Part shown: piece after piece, positions 13,000-25,700 of the stretch | How positions within the stretch are numbered: the first letter of the stretch is position 1 | Layout of the letters: the number at the start of each line of letters is the position of its first letter | From: Mobula hypostoma | Taxonomy: Eukaryota | Length of the DNA: 64,000 nt | NCBI RefSeq assembly: GCF_963921235.1 | Contig: NC_086118.1 | Span: forward strand, 21,082,001-21,146,000 | Direction of reading: 5' to 3' | Made by a program: the position numbers and the translations under genes | Notes under the pieces: model-generated | The model's input: the letters and a program-made list of their open reading frames with translations, nothing else | Told to the model about the DNA's origin: nothing | The model's database searches: none

Positions 13000-13125
13000 G
13001 TTACTCTGACTCCACATCTTTGGAACCCCTGATGAAGGGGCTCAGCCTGAAACGCCGACTAAACTTTTTTCCATGGATGCTGCTTGGCATGCTGTGCTCC
13101 TCTAGCACTTTGTGTGTATTGCTTG
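13000..13125 (+). mobile_element. PLE pseudo-LTR fragment with a hammerhead remnant (cleavage triplet mutated to GCC)
   Basis: CTGATGA-AGGGGCTCAGCCT-GAAACGCCGAC at 13029-13059, followed by ggatgctgcttggcatgctg...ctttgtgtgtattgc. Confidence 0.7.
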
Positions 13126-14005
13126 GTGTGCTGACTATTGTAATATTGCCCTTTTTACATGCTTTTCAATTTCCCTTTGTAATTTGCACCTCACATACTT
13201 GCTACTGTTCACAGGCTTGTATATAACTTCCATCAGGGTTTTTTTACCCTTGCAGTTTCTAAACTCTGCCCGCAAGGATTCTACATCTTCCGAGCTGACT
13301 GTATGTCACCTCTTTCTAAGGATTTGTTTTCATTTTTACCAACAGAGCCACCTTACCCCCTCTGCCTCCCTGCCTGGCCTTCTGATGCAATGTGTATCCT
13401 TGGATGGTCCTAAGCTCCAAACTATGATCTTCTTTCAGCCACAATTCTGTGATGCTCATCATGTCATACCTGCCAATCTCCAACTGCACTACAAGATCAT
13501 CTATCTTATTCCATAGATTACATGCATTTAAAAATACACCTTCAGTCCTGTATAATTCAACTCATCCCACTGACGACAATTTTGCCCTATCTTCCTCACA
13601 GTCTCACTACACACTGCATCATTTTGCATACCAACTGCCCCACCCTCAGCTCTATCAATCCGGTTTCCATCCCCTTGCCAAATTAGTTTAAACCATCTCC
13701 AACAAACCTGCCCACACAGATATTGGTTCCCCTCGCATTCAGGTGTAAATCTTCCTTTTTGTACAGGTCATACCTTCCCCAGAAGAGATCCCAATGATCC
13801 AGACATCTAAAACTTTCCCCCCTGCACCAATTCCTCAGCCACGCATTCATCTTATTCGTCTGCCAAATCATCCTATTTTTACCCTCACTGGTGCATGTCA
13901 TAGGCAGAAATCTAGTGATTGATCCCATGGAGGTCCTGCTTTTCAGCTTACTTTCTATCTCCCTGTCTTCTCTCTTCAGGACTTCCTTCCCTTTCCTACC
14001 TATAA

Positions 14006-15958
14006 TAATGGACATAGACACCCAGCCGGAGAGCAACTTCAGAGTTACAGGACTCTTTTGGAAACACGGACTGGACCATGCTCAAGGAGGTGGCTACCTA
14101 TGATTGTCACATTAACATCGACGAATATGTGAGATCTGTGACGGCCAATATAAAGAATTGCATCGAGGACGTTACTGTTATCAAACACATCTATGTGAGG
14201 GCAAATCAGGAGCCATGGTTGACAGCAGAGGTTAACATACCATACCAGCAGAGCATAATAGACTACCAGCCCCATGCATGTCAATGACAGTGACTCTTCT
14301 CTTCCTGATGGGCTGAATGTCTTTTATGCATGGTTTGATGCACAGAGTGATGTGCTTGCAAGGAAGGCCCCCTCTTCCCTCCCGCTCCCAGAGGAGCAGG
14401 CACTCTGTTTGGCTGCAGCTGAACTGAGGATGTCCCTAGCCAGGGTAAAGCTGAGGGCTCTGATGACATACCTGGTTGGGTGTTCAGTGACTATGCAGCC
14501 CAGTTAACTGAGGTTCTAACTGACATCTTCAACATCCCTCTGGAACAGTCCACTGTCTTCTCAGCTTCAAGGTGGCCACCATCATTCCGGTGCCCAGGAG
14601 GGCAACAGTGACTTGCCTCAATGACCACTGTCCAGTGGCACTGACCTCAATATTAAAGAAGTGTTTTGAGTGGCTGGTTATGGATTGCATTAAATCCCAT
14701 CTTACTGTGACATTGGAGCCTTTCCAGTTTGCTTATCTCACAAATCAGTCCACTGATGATGCCATAGCCTCTGCACTCCACTCCGTCCTGTCCCACCTGG
14801 AAAGTAGTGACTTATATGCCAGGATGCTGTATATTGACTTCAGCTCAGCATTCAATACAAGCAGCCCTTAACGGCTGGTGGATATACTGTCCTCATTGGG
14901 TCTCAACACACCTCTCTGTGATTGGATTCTGAACTTCTTGACAGAAAGGCCACAGCCAGTCAGTGTTAGCAGAAACATCTCCAGCTCCATCACACTAAGC
15001 ACCAGCGTTCCCCAGGCCTGTCTGCTCAGCCCGCTGCTGTTCACACTGCTAACGCATGACTGCATTGCTAGATCCAAATTCAAACTGAATCATCAACAGT
15101 GGTTGGCCCTTCAACAGCAATGCTGAGACGGTGTACAGAGAAGAGGTAAGAGTGGCTGGTAGAATGGTGCAAGCACAACAACTTGAGCCTCTACATGGAC
15201 AAGACCAAAGAAATGATTGTGGACTTTAGGAAGGTGCAGGCTGACCATTCCTCACTGCACATACGTAACTTCTCTGTGGAGAGAGTTAGGAGTACCAAGA
15301 CTCTGGGAGTTTACATAATGGACAATCTCACCTAGTCCCTCAACAGCACCTCTTTGTTCGAGAAAGCACCTCAGCGTCTCCACTTACTGAAGAGATTGAG
15401 ATAAGTGAGCCCCCCCCTCTGAATTTGCACAGGAGCACCATCACCATCCAGTATGAGAAGGGCAGGGTATCTGACTGCAAGTCCCTACAAAGGTTTACGA
15501 GAACTGTTGAGAGGATCAGCAGTTTCTCTTCCACCCATTAGAGGTATTTATCAGGAGTGCTGAGATTGCACGGCCCTCAGCCTTGTCAACGATCCATCCA
15601 ACAGTCCAAGAGTCTCTTTGGCCTCTACCATCAGGAAAGAAGTACCATAGCATTAGGATAAGACTTAGTAGGATGGGAAAGAGCACCTTGTCCCAAGCTG
15701 TGAGACGACTGAACTTCCTGCCACCACCCAGATCTCATCAGATATGAAGTGCTAGTAGCATGACAGTCTTTACTTCTTAACTTGTCTTGTATATGCACCT
15801 TATTATTTGTTAATGTATTTGCGGTAATATTACTTTATGTGCTATGTGAGTGAGTTACATGTACTGTGTTGTGCACCTTGATCCAAATGTTGTCTCACAT
15901 GGTGGTATACAGTACATGTGTACAACTAAAGGACAATAAACGGAACTTGAGCTTGAAT
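14006..15958 (+). mobile_element. 5'-truncated Rex1/Babar LINE inserted in CR1 ORF1
   Basis: [59 protein letters not shown]. Tail aataaa...cttgagcttgaa. Confidence 0.9.
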
Positions 15959-16544
15959 TTAAACTATGTCATTGCTACTAATATATACTGTGACTTCCGG
16001 CTTCTCACTCTCCCTCTTTAGAATGCTGTGGACCCGATCTTTGGCATCCCTGACCCTGGCACCTTGGAGGTAACATACCATCTGGGCGTCTATTTCACGT
16101 CCATTGAATCTGCTGTCTGCTCCTCTAACGATGGAATCCCCTATGAGTACTGCACTCCTCTTCTCCCCACTCCCCTTCTGAGTCACAGGGCCAGACTCAG
16201 TGCCAGAGACCTGACCACTTTATGGCTTTCCTCTGCAAGGTCATCCACCCAGCAGTATCCAAAGCTGTGTACCGTTTGTTGAGGGGAACAGCCACAGGAT
16301 AAGCTGCACTGGAGGCTTCCCCCCTTCCCCCTCCTGACGGTCACCCAGTTGCCTGTGTCCCGCAACTTGGGTGCAACTATCTTCCTGTACCCCTCAGCCT
16401 CCCGAATGATGCGGAGTTCATCCAGTTCCAGCTGCAATTCCTTCACACGGTCTGAAAGAAGCTCCAGCTCGATGCACTTCTTGCAGGTATAGTCGTCAGG
16501 GATACTGGTTGTCTCCCTGTCTTCCCACATCCCTCAAGAGGACC

Positions 16545-17428
16545 ATTTGGTTGGTGGTGTTGTAGATAGTGTACAGGATTGTCGAAGATTGCAGAGAGAC
16601 ATTGATAGGATGCAGAGGTGGGCTGAGAAGTGGCAGATGGAGTTCAACCCGGAGAAGTGTGAGGTGGTACACTTTGGAAGGACAAACTCCAAGGCAGAGT
16701 ACAAAGTAAATGGCAGGATACTTGGTAGTGTGGAGGAGCAGAGGGATCTGGGGGTACATGTCCACAGATCCCTGAAAGTTGCCTCACAGGTAGATAGGAT
16801 AGTTAAGAAAGCTTATGGGGTGTTAGCTGTCATAAGTCGAGGGATACAGTTTAGAGTCGCGATGTAATGATGCAGCTCTATAAAACTCTGGTTAGGCCAC
16901 ACTTGGAGTACTGTGTCCCGTTCTGGTCACCTCTCTATAGGAAGGATGTGGAAGCTTTGGAAAGGGTACAGAGGAGATTTACCAGGATGCTGCCTGGTTT
17001 AGAGAGTATGCATTATGATCAGAGATTAAGGGAGCTAGGGCTTTACTCTTTGGAGAGAAGGAGGATGAGAGGAGACATGATAGAGGTGTACAAGATAATA
17101 AGAGGAATAGATAGAGTGGATAGCCAGCGCCTTTTCCCCAGGGCACCACTGCTCAATACAAGAGGGCATGGCTTTAAGGTAAGGGGTGGGAAGTTCAAGG
17201 GGTATATTAGAGAAAGGTTTTTTACTCAGAGAGTCATTGGTGCGTGGAATGCACTGCCTGAGTCAGTGGTGGAGGCAGATACACTAGTGAAGTTTAAGAG
17301 ACTACTAGACAGGCATATGGAGGAATTTAAGGTGGGGGTTATATGGGAGGCAGGGTTTGAGGGTCCGCACAACATTGTGGGCTGAAAGGCCTGTAATGTG
17401 CTGTACTATTCTATGTAATCTATGTAAT
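16545..17428 (+). mobile_element. Young CR1 3' fragment inserted in the ORF1 of the minus-strand CR1
   Basis: WQMEFNPEKCEVVHFG...LVRPHLEYCVPFW...FFTQRVIGAWNALP with one frameshift at about 16860. Tail ctatgtaatctatgtaat. Confidence 0.95.
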
Positions 17429-17859
17429 TTAACTACCCTGCATGGCATCCCACTGCTGTAAATGTACAAGAAGAAAGTGAGAAAGAAATTAAACAAACAA
17501 ATCTACCTACAGCCTTCATCTCTCCTTGCCAAAGTGCCTACGAGCCAAAGCCTGAGCTCACACAATGACTACTCCACTTAAACCTAACTTCTTGTTATTG
17601 GCCCTTGTCAAGTGCCTATTCATGCACATTCCAACGTCTCCGTGGGAACTGTGGTATGCAGGGTGCTTCAACTGCCTTTCTTGCTTCTTCTGAACTCTCT
17701 CTCTCCCAAGGTCTCCTCAGAATGTCCCATCTGTTCTTCTTGCTTCTTTTAACCTCTGTCTTCTGCAACATAATCCAACGTCTCCTTGAGAACCGTGGCA
17801 TGCAGTTTTATATCTTCTTTTTTACAATCACAAAACTCTGCTGGATATTAAGACCGTCA

Positions 17860-18586
17860 AATACTGTAGGTCTACCCCACCAGCGGGCTGCTGGATAGCC
17901 ACGGAGCTGGACTTGTTGAGGTCCATGCTGCCGCCTGGACTTGTCGTGCAGAGGCAGCGCGCAGTCCAACAAACAGTACAAACGATTGTCTTGGAGGTCT
18001 TTAATGTGATCGTAAGATCCTGTTAGACACTGGTAATGTAGAATACTGCCAGTCTGGTTCACTGGTTCATTGTGGACCCCGGCAAGGGAGGGGGTGGGCT
18101 GCGTTACCTTGTTTGCTGCGTGGACCAGGTCCTTGTGTCCCCAGGACAGAAGACACCAGAGGCAGTGCGAGAGAGAGCAGAAGCTCCTGTGGGTGCGCTA
18201 GCACCCGTGCTGGGTCAGGGGGCTGGCCTCTCCCATCTGTGCTGCCTGCCCTCCATAGCTCGCTTGGTGAAAGATATCCTGAGTTGCATTCATCTGTGTG
18301 TGACGAGGCACAAGCGCATGATGAGGAGCTGCTGTGTGTGCTCAGTCCTGCAGAATCGTGACTCCAGGGTAACATCCCATGCACCATCAATCTGCAGACC
18401 ATGACACTCACGGACTTGGGCTATATTATTTATTTGTGACTATTGTATTTTCAGCTATCGTAACTATATGTGCTAAATGTGCTGTGTGTGACAGTTGGCT
18501 ACAGCATCTTGCACCTTGGCTGTATTTCATTTGGCTGTGTTCAGGTGTATGGTTGAATGACAATTAAACCAGAGCTTGAACTTGAA
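17860..18586 (+). mobile_element. Non-autonomous Rex1-derived element (5' end with endonuclease start fused to the 3' UTR)
   Basis: Degenerate PLPSVL...SLGE..EL and RSCCV resemble the Rex1 APE start seen at 56900-57230. The 3' end gcaccttg...aattaaaccagagcttgaacttgaa resembles 15870-15958. The 5' boundary is approximate. Confidence 0.55.
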
Positions 18587-19745
18587 ATATAGAACGTGAA
18601 TTTTTTAAGTATTCTTGGCTACTTTAGCCAGAGCAAGTTCCATCTTGCTCTGTGGTATCCTTGCTCACTAAAACACAACTTCACTGAAGGTACTGTGATC
18701 GGCCTTGAGTCTGCACAGCCCTCTGGGATGCAAACAGCTGCGTAACATTTTAGTAAAAGAAATGCATTTCTGGATAATGTTGCAGTTTATTCCTCCATGA
18801 CCTATTTGTTGTCCCCAAACTACCTTGAAAACATGTCAAGGTTTAACTGAAGTCTCTTATTAAAGAACTTGTAATATCTAACAATGTGCACATTGATCCA
18901 TTTGCAGTGCTGCTACAAATTTGTATCTGATGCTGGTAATGTTACACCCTCATAAATCAAGGGAGAAAATTCAGAAACAACTCAATCAGGGGAAAAAAGT
19001 ATTCTTGGAGGCAAACACCAAAATAAATCAGACATTGTCTTCTTCACAAAGTGTTTTTGGATAATCATTAGATAAATGGATGGGTAGATTTCCCTCACCT
19101 GTAATGATCTTATAAGCAATTATTATTGGTCACTGTAGAATTTAAAGGGGATTGTCTTTGATAAATCAACACTTTATACTCTTTGCAAGAGAAATGATGT
19201 AAGTACAGCACCAGTTAAAATGGATGTTAAAATATCAAACCACTGACACAACAAATTACTTAAGAAGCAATACCCCACTGCAAATTATGTTTTTGTCCAA
19301 TGCCTTCCTTGACAATAAGATCATGTATCGAGAAAGTAAACCAAATTATTGAAAATGAAATGTGTTTTAAAGACAACTCAGTAATGGTACAAGATCGATG
19401 ATGAGGAAGCAAACAGCAAGATACTTTTCAGGTTTGTAGTTTGAAGTATTCTAGGCCAAATGTTGAAATGTAGGTTGAAGGAAAAAAATCAAAGTGCAGT
19501 ATAAGGAATGGCTGACCAGGCTAGCACTTTTTTCCTTGGAGTTTTTCGAAAATGAGGAGTTTTAAATTATGAGGGGCATAGATAACGTGAATGGTAAAAG
19601 TCTTTTCCCTAGGGCAGAGAATGCTAAAACAAGGGGGCATATATGTATATAGGGTGAAGAGGAAAGGCTTAAAAGGGACTTTTTCACTCAGAAGGTGAGT
19701 ATACATTCTCTGATATTTAATCAAACAAGTTAAACCATTTGAGTA

Positions 19746-21298
19746 CAGGTGTCCCCCGCTTTTCAAACGTTCAGTTTACGAAACCTCACTGTTATGAAAG
19801 ACCTACATTAATTCCCTGTTTTCGTTAACAGAAGGTGTTTTCACTGCTACGAAAAAAAGCAGCACGCGAAAAAAAGCAGCGTGCAATAAAAGGCAGCGTG
19901 CGCCCCGAGCAGCCGCCCTCCCCGGGATTCCGAATGGCATTCTCGCCGGCATTGCTTAAACACGTGCTTGTGAGCAGCCATTTGCAAGATGAGTTCTAAG
20001 GTATTGGAAAAGCCTGAAAAAGCTTGTAAAGGTGTTAGACTCAGCGTAAAACTAGACATAATTTGCGTTTCGATCGTGGTGAATGAAGTAAGGACAAAGT
20101 GAGCTTGGCTTGTAGAAGCTGATGAAGATGATGTTGAAGAGGTTTTGGCATCCCATGACCAAGAACTGATAGATGAAGAGCTGATGCAATTACAAGAGGA
20201 AAGGATAACAATCAAAACCAAATGCACTAGCCAATGGACCGAAAGTGAAGTTGTCCAGGAATTGAACGTGAGGCAACTACGTGAGATTTTCACTGCAATG
20301 ATAAAGTACGACTTTAACTTTGAAACGGTACATCGGTTTAGGGCATATTTGCAGGATGGTTTGAGTGCTTACAAAGAACTGTATGATCTAAAAATGCGCG
20401 AGGCTAAGCAGTCAAGCAAGCCTTCCACATCAGCCACAGCAGATGACGAACCTCGACCTTCGACATCGAGGCAGGCAGAGATAGGAGACGACCTGCCTGC
20501 CCTGATCGACGATGAGATGACACCCCAGTGTCCCACCACCCCAAACCCCGGGCCGCGGACAGATACCAATTCGTGGAAAATGCAGCAGTAGCCGGGAGGC
20601 ATCCAGCACGTCTTTAAGAAAAAAGCCGAAATAAACAAGCTAATTAATTAGGTGCCGCCCAGCACATAAATGTCAGCCCAGATCAGAGGCGATTGCCGAC
20701 TGCGTCGCCTCTGATCTGGGCCGACATTTACGTGCCAGGTGGCACCTAATTAATTAGCTTGTTTATTTCAGCTTTTTTCTTAAAGATACGCTGGATGCGT
20801 CCCGGCTACCGCTGTACCCCTGCATTCTTCGCAGATCGGTATCGGTTGGCAGCCTGGAGGGTGGGGACCACTGCACCACCTACACTGTACATACATTATT
20901 TCTACTTTATATCGGCTGTGTATTTTTACGTGTTATTTGGTATGATTTGGCAGCTTCATAGCTTAAAGGTTGCTGGAGAGCGCTTGCGCCGTGTTTCTGC
21001 CGACGGCACTTGCGTGAGATTTTCGCTACGGAGAACAGTGCAGGCAATTATTGTGGAAAAGTATTCTACTTTATATAGGCTGTGTATTCATCATATCATT
21101 CCTTCTTTTACTATATGTTACTGCTATTTTAGGTTTTATGTGTTACTTGGCATGATTTGGTAGGCTACTTTTGGGTCTGCGAATGCTCACAAATTTTTCC
21201 CATATAAGTAAATGGCAATTGCTTCTTCGCTTTGCGACATTCCAACTTACGAACCGTTTCATAGGAACGCTCTACCTTCGGATGGCGGGGGAAACCTG
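19746..21298 (+). mobile_element. Tigger/pogo deletion derivative (1553 bp)
   Basis: TIRs CAGGTGTCCCCCGC and GCGGGGGAAACCTG, TA duplicated on both sides. Transposase N-terminus MSSKVLEKP..VRLSVKLDII is fused to the acidic C-terminus EDDVEEVLASHDQELIDEELMQLQEE. No DDD domain. Confidence 0.9.
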
Positions 21299-21317
21299 TA
21301 TATGGAAGAGTATTGAA

Positions 21318-21690
21318 GCAGCAGAGCCCAGGTCCGAGCGCAAGGAACAACCCAAGGTTAGGCCGATTTCAGCGCTGGGCCAGGTTGAAAAGGTCTGAGT
21401 ATCGGGGCTGGAGGTGAGGGTCGGACCGGTTCACTCGTCTCTGTACTGAACTGAGGCTGGGGCCTGCGACTAACTTCTGAATCTGCCTGCCTGTGGACCC
21501 ACTTTTGTGAGCTTCAATTCTGAATGCTACTTGCTTTCTTTTATTATTTTTTTCTCTCTGGTGTTTGACGTTTTTCTTTTGTTTTAACGGGTTCCCTTGG
21601 GATTTCTTTGTTTAGTGGCTGGTAAGGAGGCAAATCTCAAGGTTGTATAAAAAACACAGACTTTGATAATAAATGTACTTTGAAGTTTGA
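21318..21690 (+). mobile_element. Non-coding element with a Rex1-type 3' tail (SINE-like)
   Basis: Ends aatctcaaggttgtat...actttgataataaatgtactttgaagtttgaa, the same tail as at 48520-48780 and at the end of the Rex1 at 59430-60480. Confidence 0.55.
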
Positions 21691-22763
21691 ACAAGCTGTA
21701 GGGAAAGTGGTTGAGGCTGGTAGAATAGTATAATTTAAGAAGCACTTGGACAGGTACACGGAGGGCTAGGCTTAGAGGGATACGGGCCAAAGGTGGGAAA
21801 TTGGGACTAGCTGGGAGGGCACTATGGTCAGTATAGATTTGTTGGGCCAAAGGGCCTGTATTCATGCTGTACTGTGTGATGACTTTGACTCTATCATTCT
21901 GTCAAAACTGCTACAGCAAAGTTGTGAAACAGTTCCTTCAGATTCAGTGTGATTTTGGCAGGTGGTAGGCTCCTGTTGAACAATGCCTATTGTACATGAA
22001 ACAATAGTAACAGAATATGATAACTAAGCTCCCAAGTCATAGAAGATCAATTAAAATCTTAAAATAATGTGGAAAGGGCTGTATTTATTGTCGACCTCCA
22101 GTTGCCTTGTGATGGTAATAGGAAATCAGCTTCATTAGCAGATGCATCCATTGTCATAGCAGATTATATATAATTAAGTTATTGGCTAAACTTTTTCAGG
22201 GAATGATTAAGAATTGATCTGAGGTTCTATAAAGGGCATACTGAGTAACAATAATAAGATTTTCTTCCCTAAAGAATATTAATCAATCAGATAGCTTTCA
22301 AAGCAATTGAGTACTTTCGTCATCTACCTGTTTTCTACTTCAGATTTATTAAACTACTTGAGTTTAAATTCTACAGCCAACTGAAATATAAATTCATGCC
22401 TCCTGATTAGAGTCTAGACCTCAGCATAATTAAATTTGAACCATAATAGCTTTTCTCCCGCAATGTGCATAAAATTATACATTTACATATTAATCATGAA
22501 TTAGTTAAGTGAAAGCAAGTTCTCTCTGTGACAGTCCATAGACTCCTTTCAGTTGAACTTGTGTTTAATAACTACACGTTTTTGACACTTATTCTTAATT
22601 ACTTCTATATTGCTGAAGATATAAGGAAAATATAACTCATAGCTAATTAAAATTTGATGAGTGAGAATTGTTCAGAGGCTCACGTGCCCCAGGGGATGAC
22701 TCTTATCAGTCGATTCTTTTTTTAGATGTGTGTCACCTCCTAAAATAATGCCACTTACTTTTT

Positions 22764-25700
22764 TTTAAAATATTTTATGATTTTCTACAAACTACAGCAT
22801 AAAAAAAAATCACTGGTATAAATAGAAGGATCATTGCAATACAGACAAAAATAACAATAGTGCATATCTTAACAAATGAGCAAGTCTCCCATATTAAAAA
22901 TGAAAAAAAATAAAAAAGGAAGCACCCAACCCACCCACTGTTCAACTCCAAGCCAACCATTATATTATAAGTATACATATTTGAAAGGACATTTGAGATA
23001 AACTTTTATCACCCCAGAGCTATACATTGTAGTAAAAAAATGAATAATAATAAAAAAACAGCCTGCTACCTAATCAAAAAAAGTCAAAGAAAGCTGGAAA
23101 TGCAGGATCTGACAATCAAGGGAAGAAAAAAAAATACACCTGTCAATCTGGGTGAGAATTATGAAAATATTCAAGAAAAGGTCCTCACACCTTATGGAAC
23201 TTTATGTCCAAATTAAAAAGTGAATAATAAATCTTTTCAAGCTCTAAACAAGACATAATATCCCTAAGCCGTTGAACATGGGTAGGGGGAACTACATCTC
23301 TCCACTTAAGAAGAACTGCACGTCTAACTAAAAGAGAGGCAAAAGACAATGTTCGTCGTTTAGCCGGGATCAAATGCTTGTCAGATTCTCGAGAAATACC
23401 AAAAAAAGTGATCAAAGGATCAGGTTCCAAATGACAATTTAATATAGAAGATAAAGTTGAAAGAACATCTTTCCAAAAATTTTCCAAAGAAGGACAAGCC
23501 CAATACATATGAATAAGGGAAGCCTCACCTCCTTTGCATTTGTCACACCAGGGACTAATATCAGGATAAAACTTTGCCAATTTGGTTTTAGACATATGAG
23601 CCCTGTGGACAACTTTAAACTGCAAAAGACAATGATGAGCACATAAAGAAGTTGAATTAACTGACTTAGGAATTGAATCGGACAAAGAAAAACCAAAGTC
23701 ATGCTCCCAAGCAGTTTTAATTTTATCACAAGGGGCTCGTCTGAGATTCATAAATTTGACATAAATAGTAGAAATTAAACCTCTACCCAAGGGGTTCATT
23801 TAAAGAAACAAATCTACCACATTTTTATTAAGTTGTTCAGGAAAACGTGGTACTAAAGGGCTAATGAAATGTCTAATTTGAGGATATCTAAATAAATGAG
23901 TATTCAGTAAATCAAACTTTGTAGACAACTGTTCAAAAGCCGCAAACCGATTGTCTTTAAAAAGATCTTCAAAACGCCTGATACCTCTCCTACACCAGTC
24001 TTGGAATGTGGAATCCTGCATAGAAGGTTGAAATAAATGATTGTATAGAATAGGACTAGAAAGGGAAAAACTATAAAGGCCATTTTCTAAATTGAGCCCA
24101 TATTCTCAGAGTATGCCTGATTACAGGATTAATAATAAACTTTGGCAGGTGGCAAGGAACTGTAAACCCAAGTACAGCTGGAATAAATAATTTCTTACAA
24201 GCATTCAATTCCATTGCCACCCATGTTGGACAAATAGACTGATTATAAAAGTAGGACCAAAAGATAATAATGCGAATATTGGCTGCCCAATAATATGAAT
24301 GAAAATTAGGCAATGCCAAGCCACCTTCTCTTTTAGGCTTTTGAAGATGAGCTTTATTAAGTCTGGACTGTTTACCCTTCCACAGGTATGACGAGATAAT
24401 AGAATCTAAAGAATCAAAAAAAACTTTAGGAATAAATATAGATAAAGATTGAAATAAGTGTAAAAATTTAGGATGAATATACATTTTAATTACATTAATT
24501 CGCTCAGTTAAAGACATAGATAAAGGTGACCACTGTGCTTGACTCTGTTTTGTAAAATTTAAAAGATTATTGAAATTCTCATCAAAAAGGTGATTATAAT
24601 TCCTTGTTACTATAATACCAAGATAAGTAAAACAATTGTTTACTACTTTAAAAGGGAGATTTTGAAATTCTAATGCTTGTGCTTCTTTATTTATCGGAAA
24701 AAGTTCACTCTTATATAGATTAAGTTTGTATCCGGATAACTGACTAAATTTATCAAGAAGTAAAAACATCAAAGATAAGGAAGTGGTCGGATTTGATATA
24801 AAAAGTAACAAATCATCGGTGTATAGAGAGACTTTATGCTCAATCCCGCCCCTCCCGATCCCAGTTAATTCGGTACAACTGCAAAATGCAATTGCCAATG
24901 GCTCGATAGCCAGATCAAATAGCAGAGGACTTAAAGGGCATCCTTGTCGGGTGCCACGTTTAAGGTCAAATGGTTGGGATTGCTGAGAGTTAGTCAAAAC
25001 GGATGCAATTGCATGAGAATATAGTATCTTAATCCACTTCATAAAATTATGTCCAAAATCAAATTTTTCTAAAACCGCAAATAAATAGTGCCACTCCACC
25101 TGGTCAAATGCCTTTTCAGCAGCAAGAGAAATAACACATTCAGGAATCCCTGATGAAGATGAATATAGGATATTAAAAAGACGCCTAATATTAAAGAAGG
25201 GAAGGCGATTTTTAATAAAACCAGATTGATCTTCAGAGATAATTAAAGGTAAAATAGTCTCCAATCTACGGGCCAAAACTTTAGTTAAAATTTTGACATC
25301 TACGTTATCGGTCTATATGAAGCACATTCTAATGGATCCGTACCTTTTTTCACTAAAAGAATAATACAAGCCTCATCAAATGATGCAGGCAATTTATTTT
25401 GTTTAAAAGAATCAGAAAAAACTAAACTAAGTTGGGATAAGAACAATGAAGAAAATGATCTATAAAATTCTGCAGAAAACCCATCAGGACCAGAAGATTT
25501 ACCAGGCTGCAAAGCAGAAATAGCAGAGGATATTTCCCCTAAGGATAATGGCTCATTCAATTTATGTTTGAGATCAGAAGAAAGTTTAGGAATAATTAAA
25601 CTATTTAAAAATTGCAAAACATTAGTATTACCATTAAAGGATTCAGAGGTATAAAGTTGAGAATAAAAATTCCTGAATGTATCATTAATTTCAGAATGGT

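Larger units (their letters stand above)
11990..17610 (-). mobile_element. Internally deleted, near-full-length CR1 (5' UTR, ORF1 zinc-finger/coiled-coil/SGNH esterase, APE, partial RT), split by three insertions
   Basis: ORF1 pieces CKKCIELELLSDRVKELQLELDEL (16183-16530), VLIGDSIVRG (15959-16186) and NAWLRNWCRGESF..DHWDLFW..DLHLN (13683-14036). APE-like WLKEDH...GGRGG near 13300-13450. RT piece HGFLKGKSYLTNLL (12175-12360). Confidence 0.85.
19545..21895 (+). mobile_element. CR1 3' fragment split by the Tigger derivative and a Rex1-tailed element
   Basis: aaattatgaggggcatagata...ttttttcactcagaag (19560-19695) resumes as tggttgaggctgg...tttaagaagcacttggacagg...ggccaaagggcctg...atgactttgactctat (21690-21895). 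Confidence 0.65.

Noticed and set aside
18629..18652. Short hairpin CAGAGCAAG-ttccat-CTTGCTCTG (a similar one is at about 6145-6162)
   Set aside because: Stems of 7-9 bp are expected by chance in 64 kb, and there is no supporting context.
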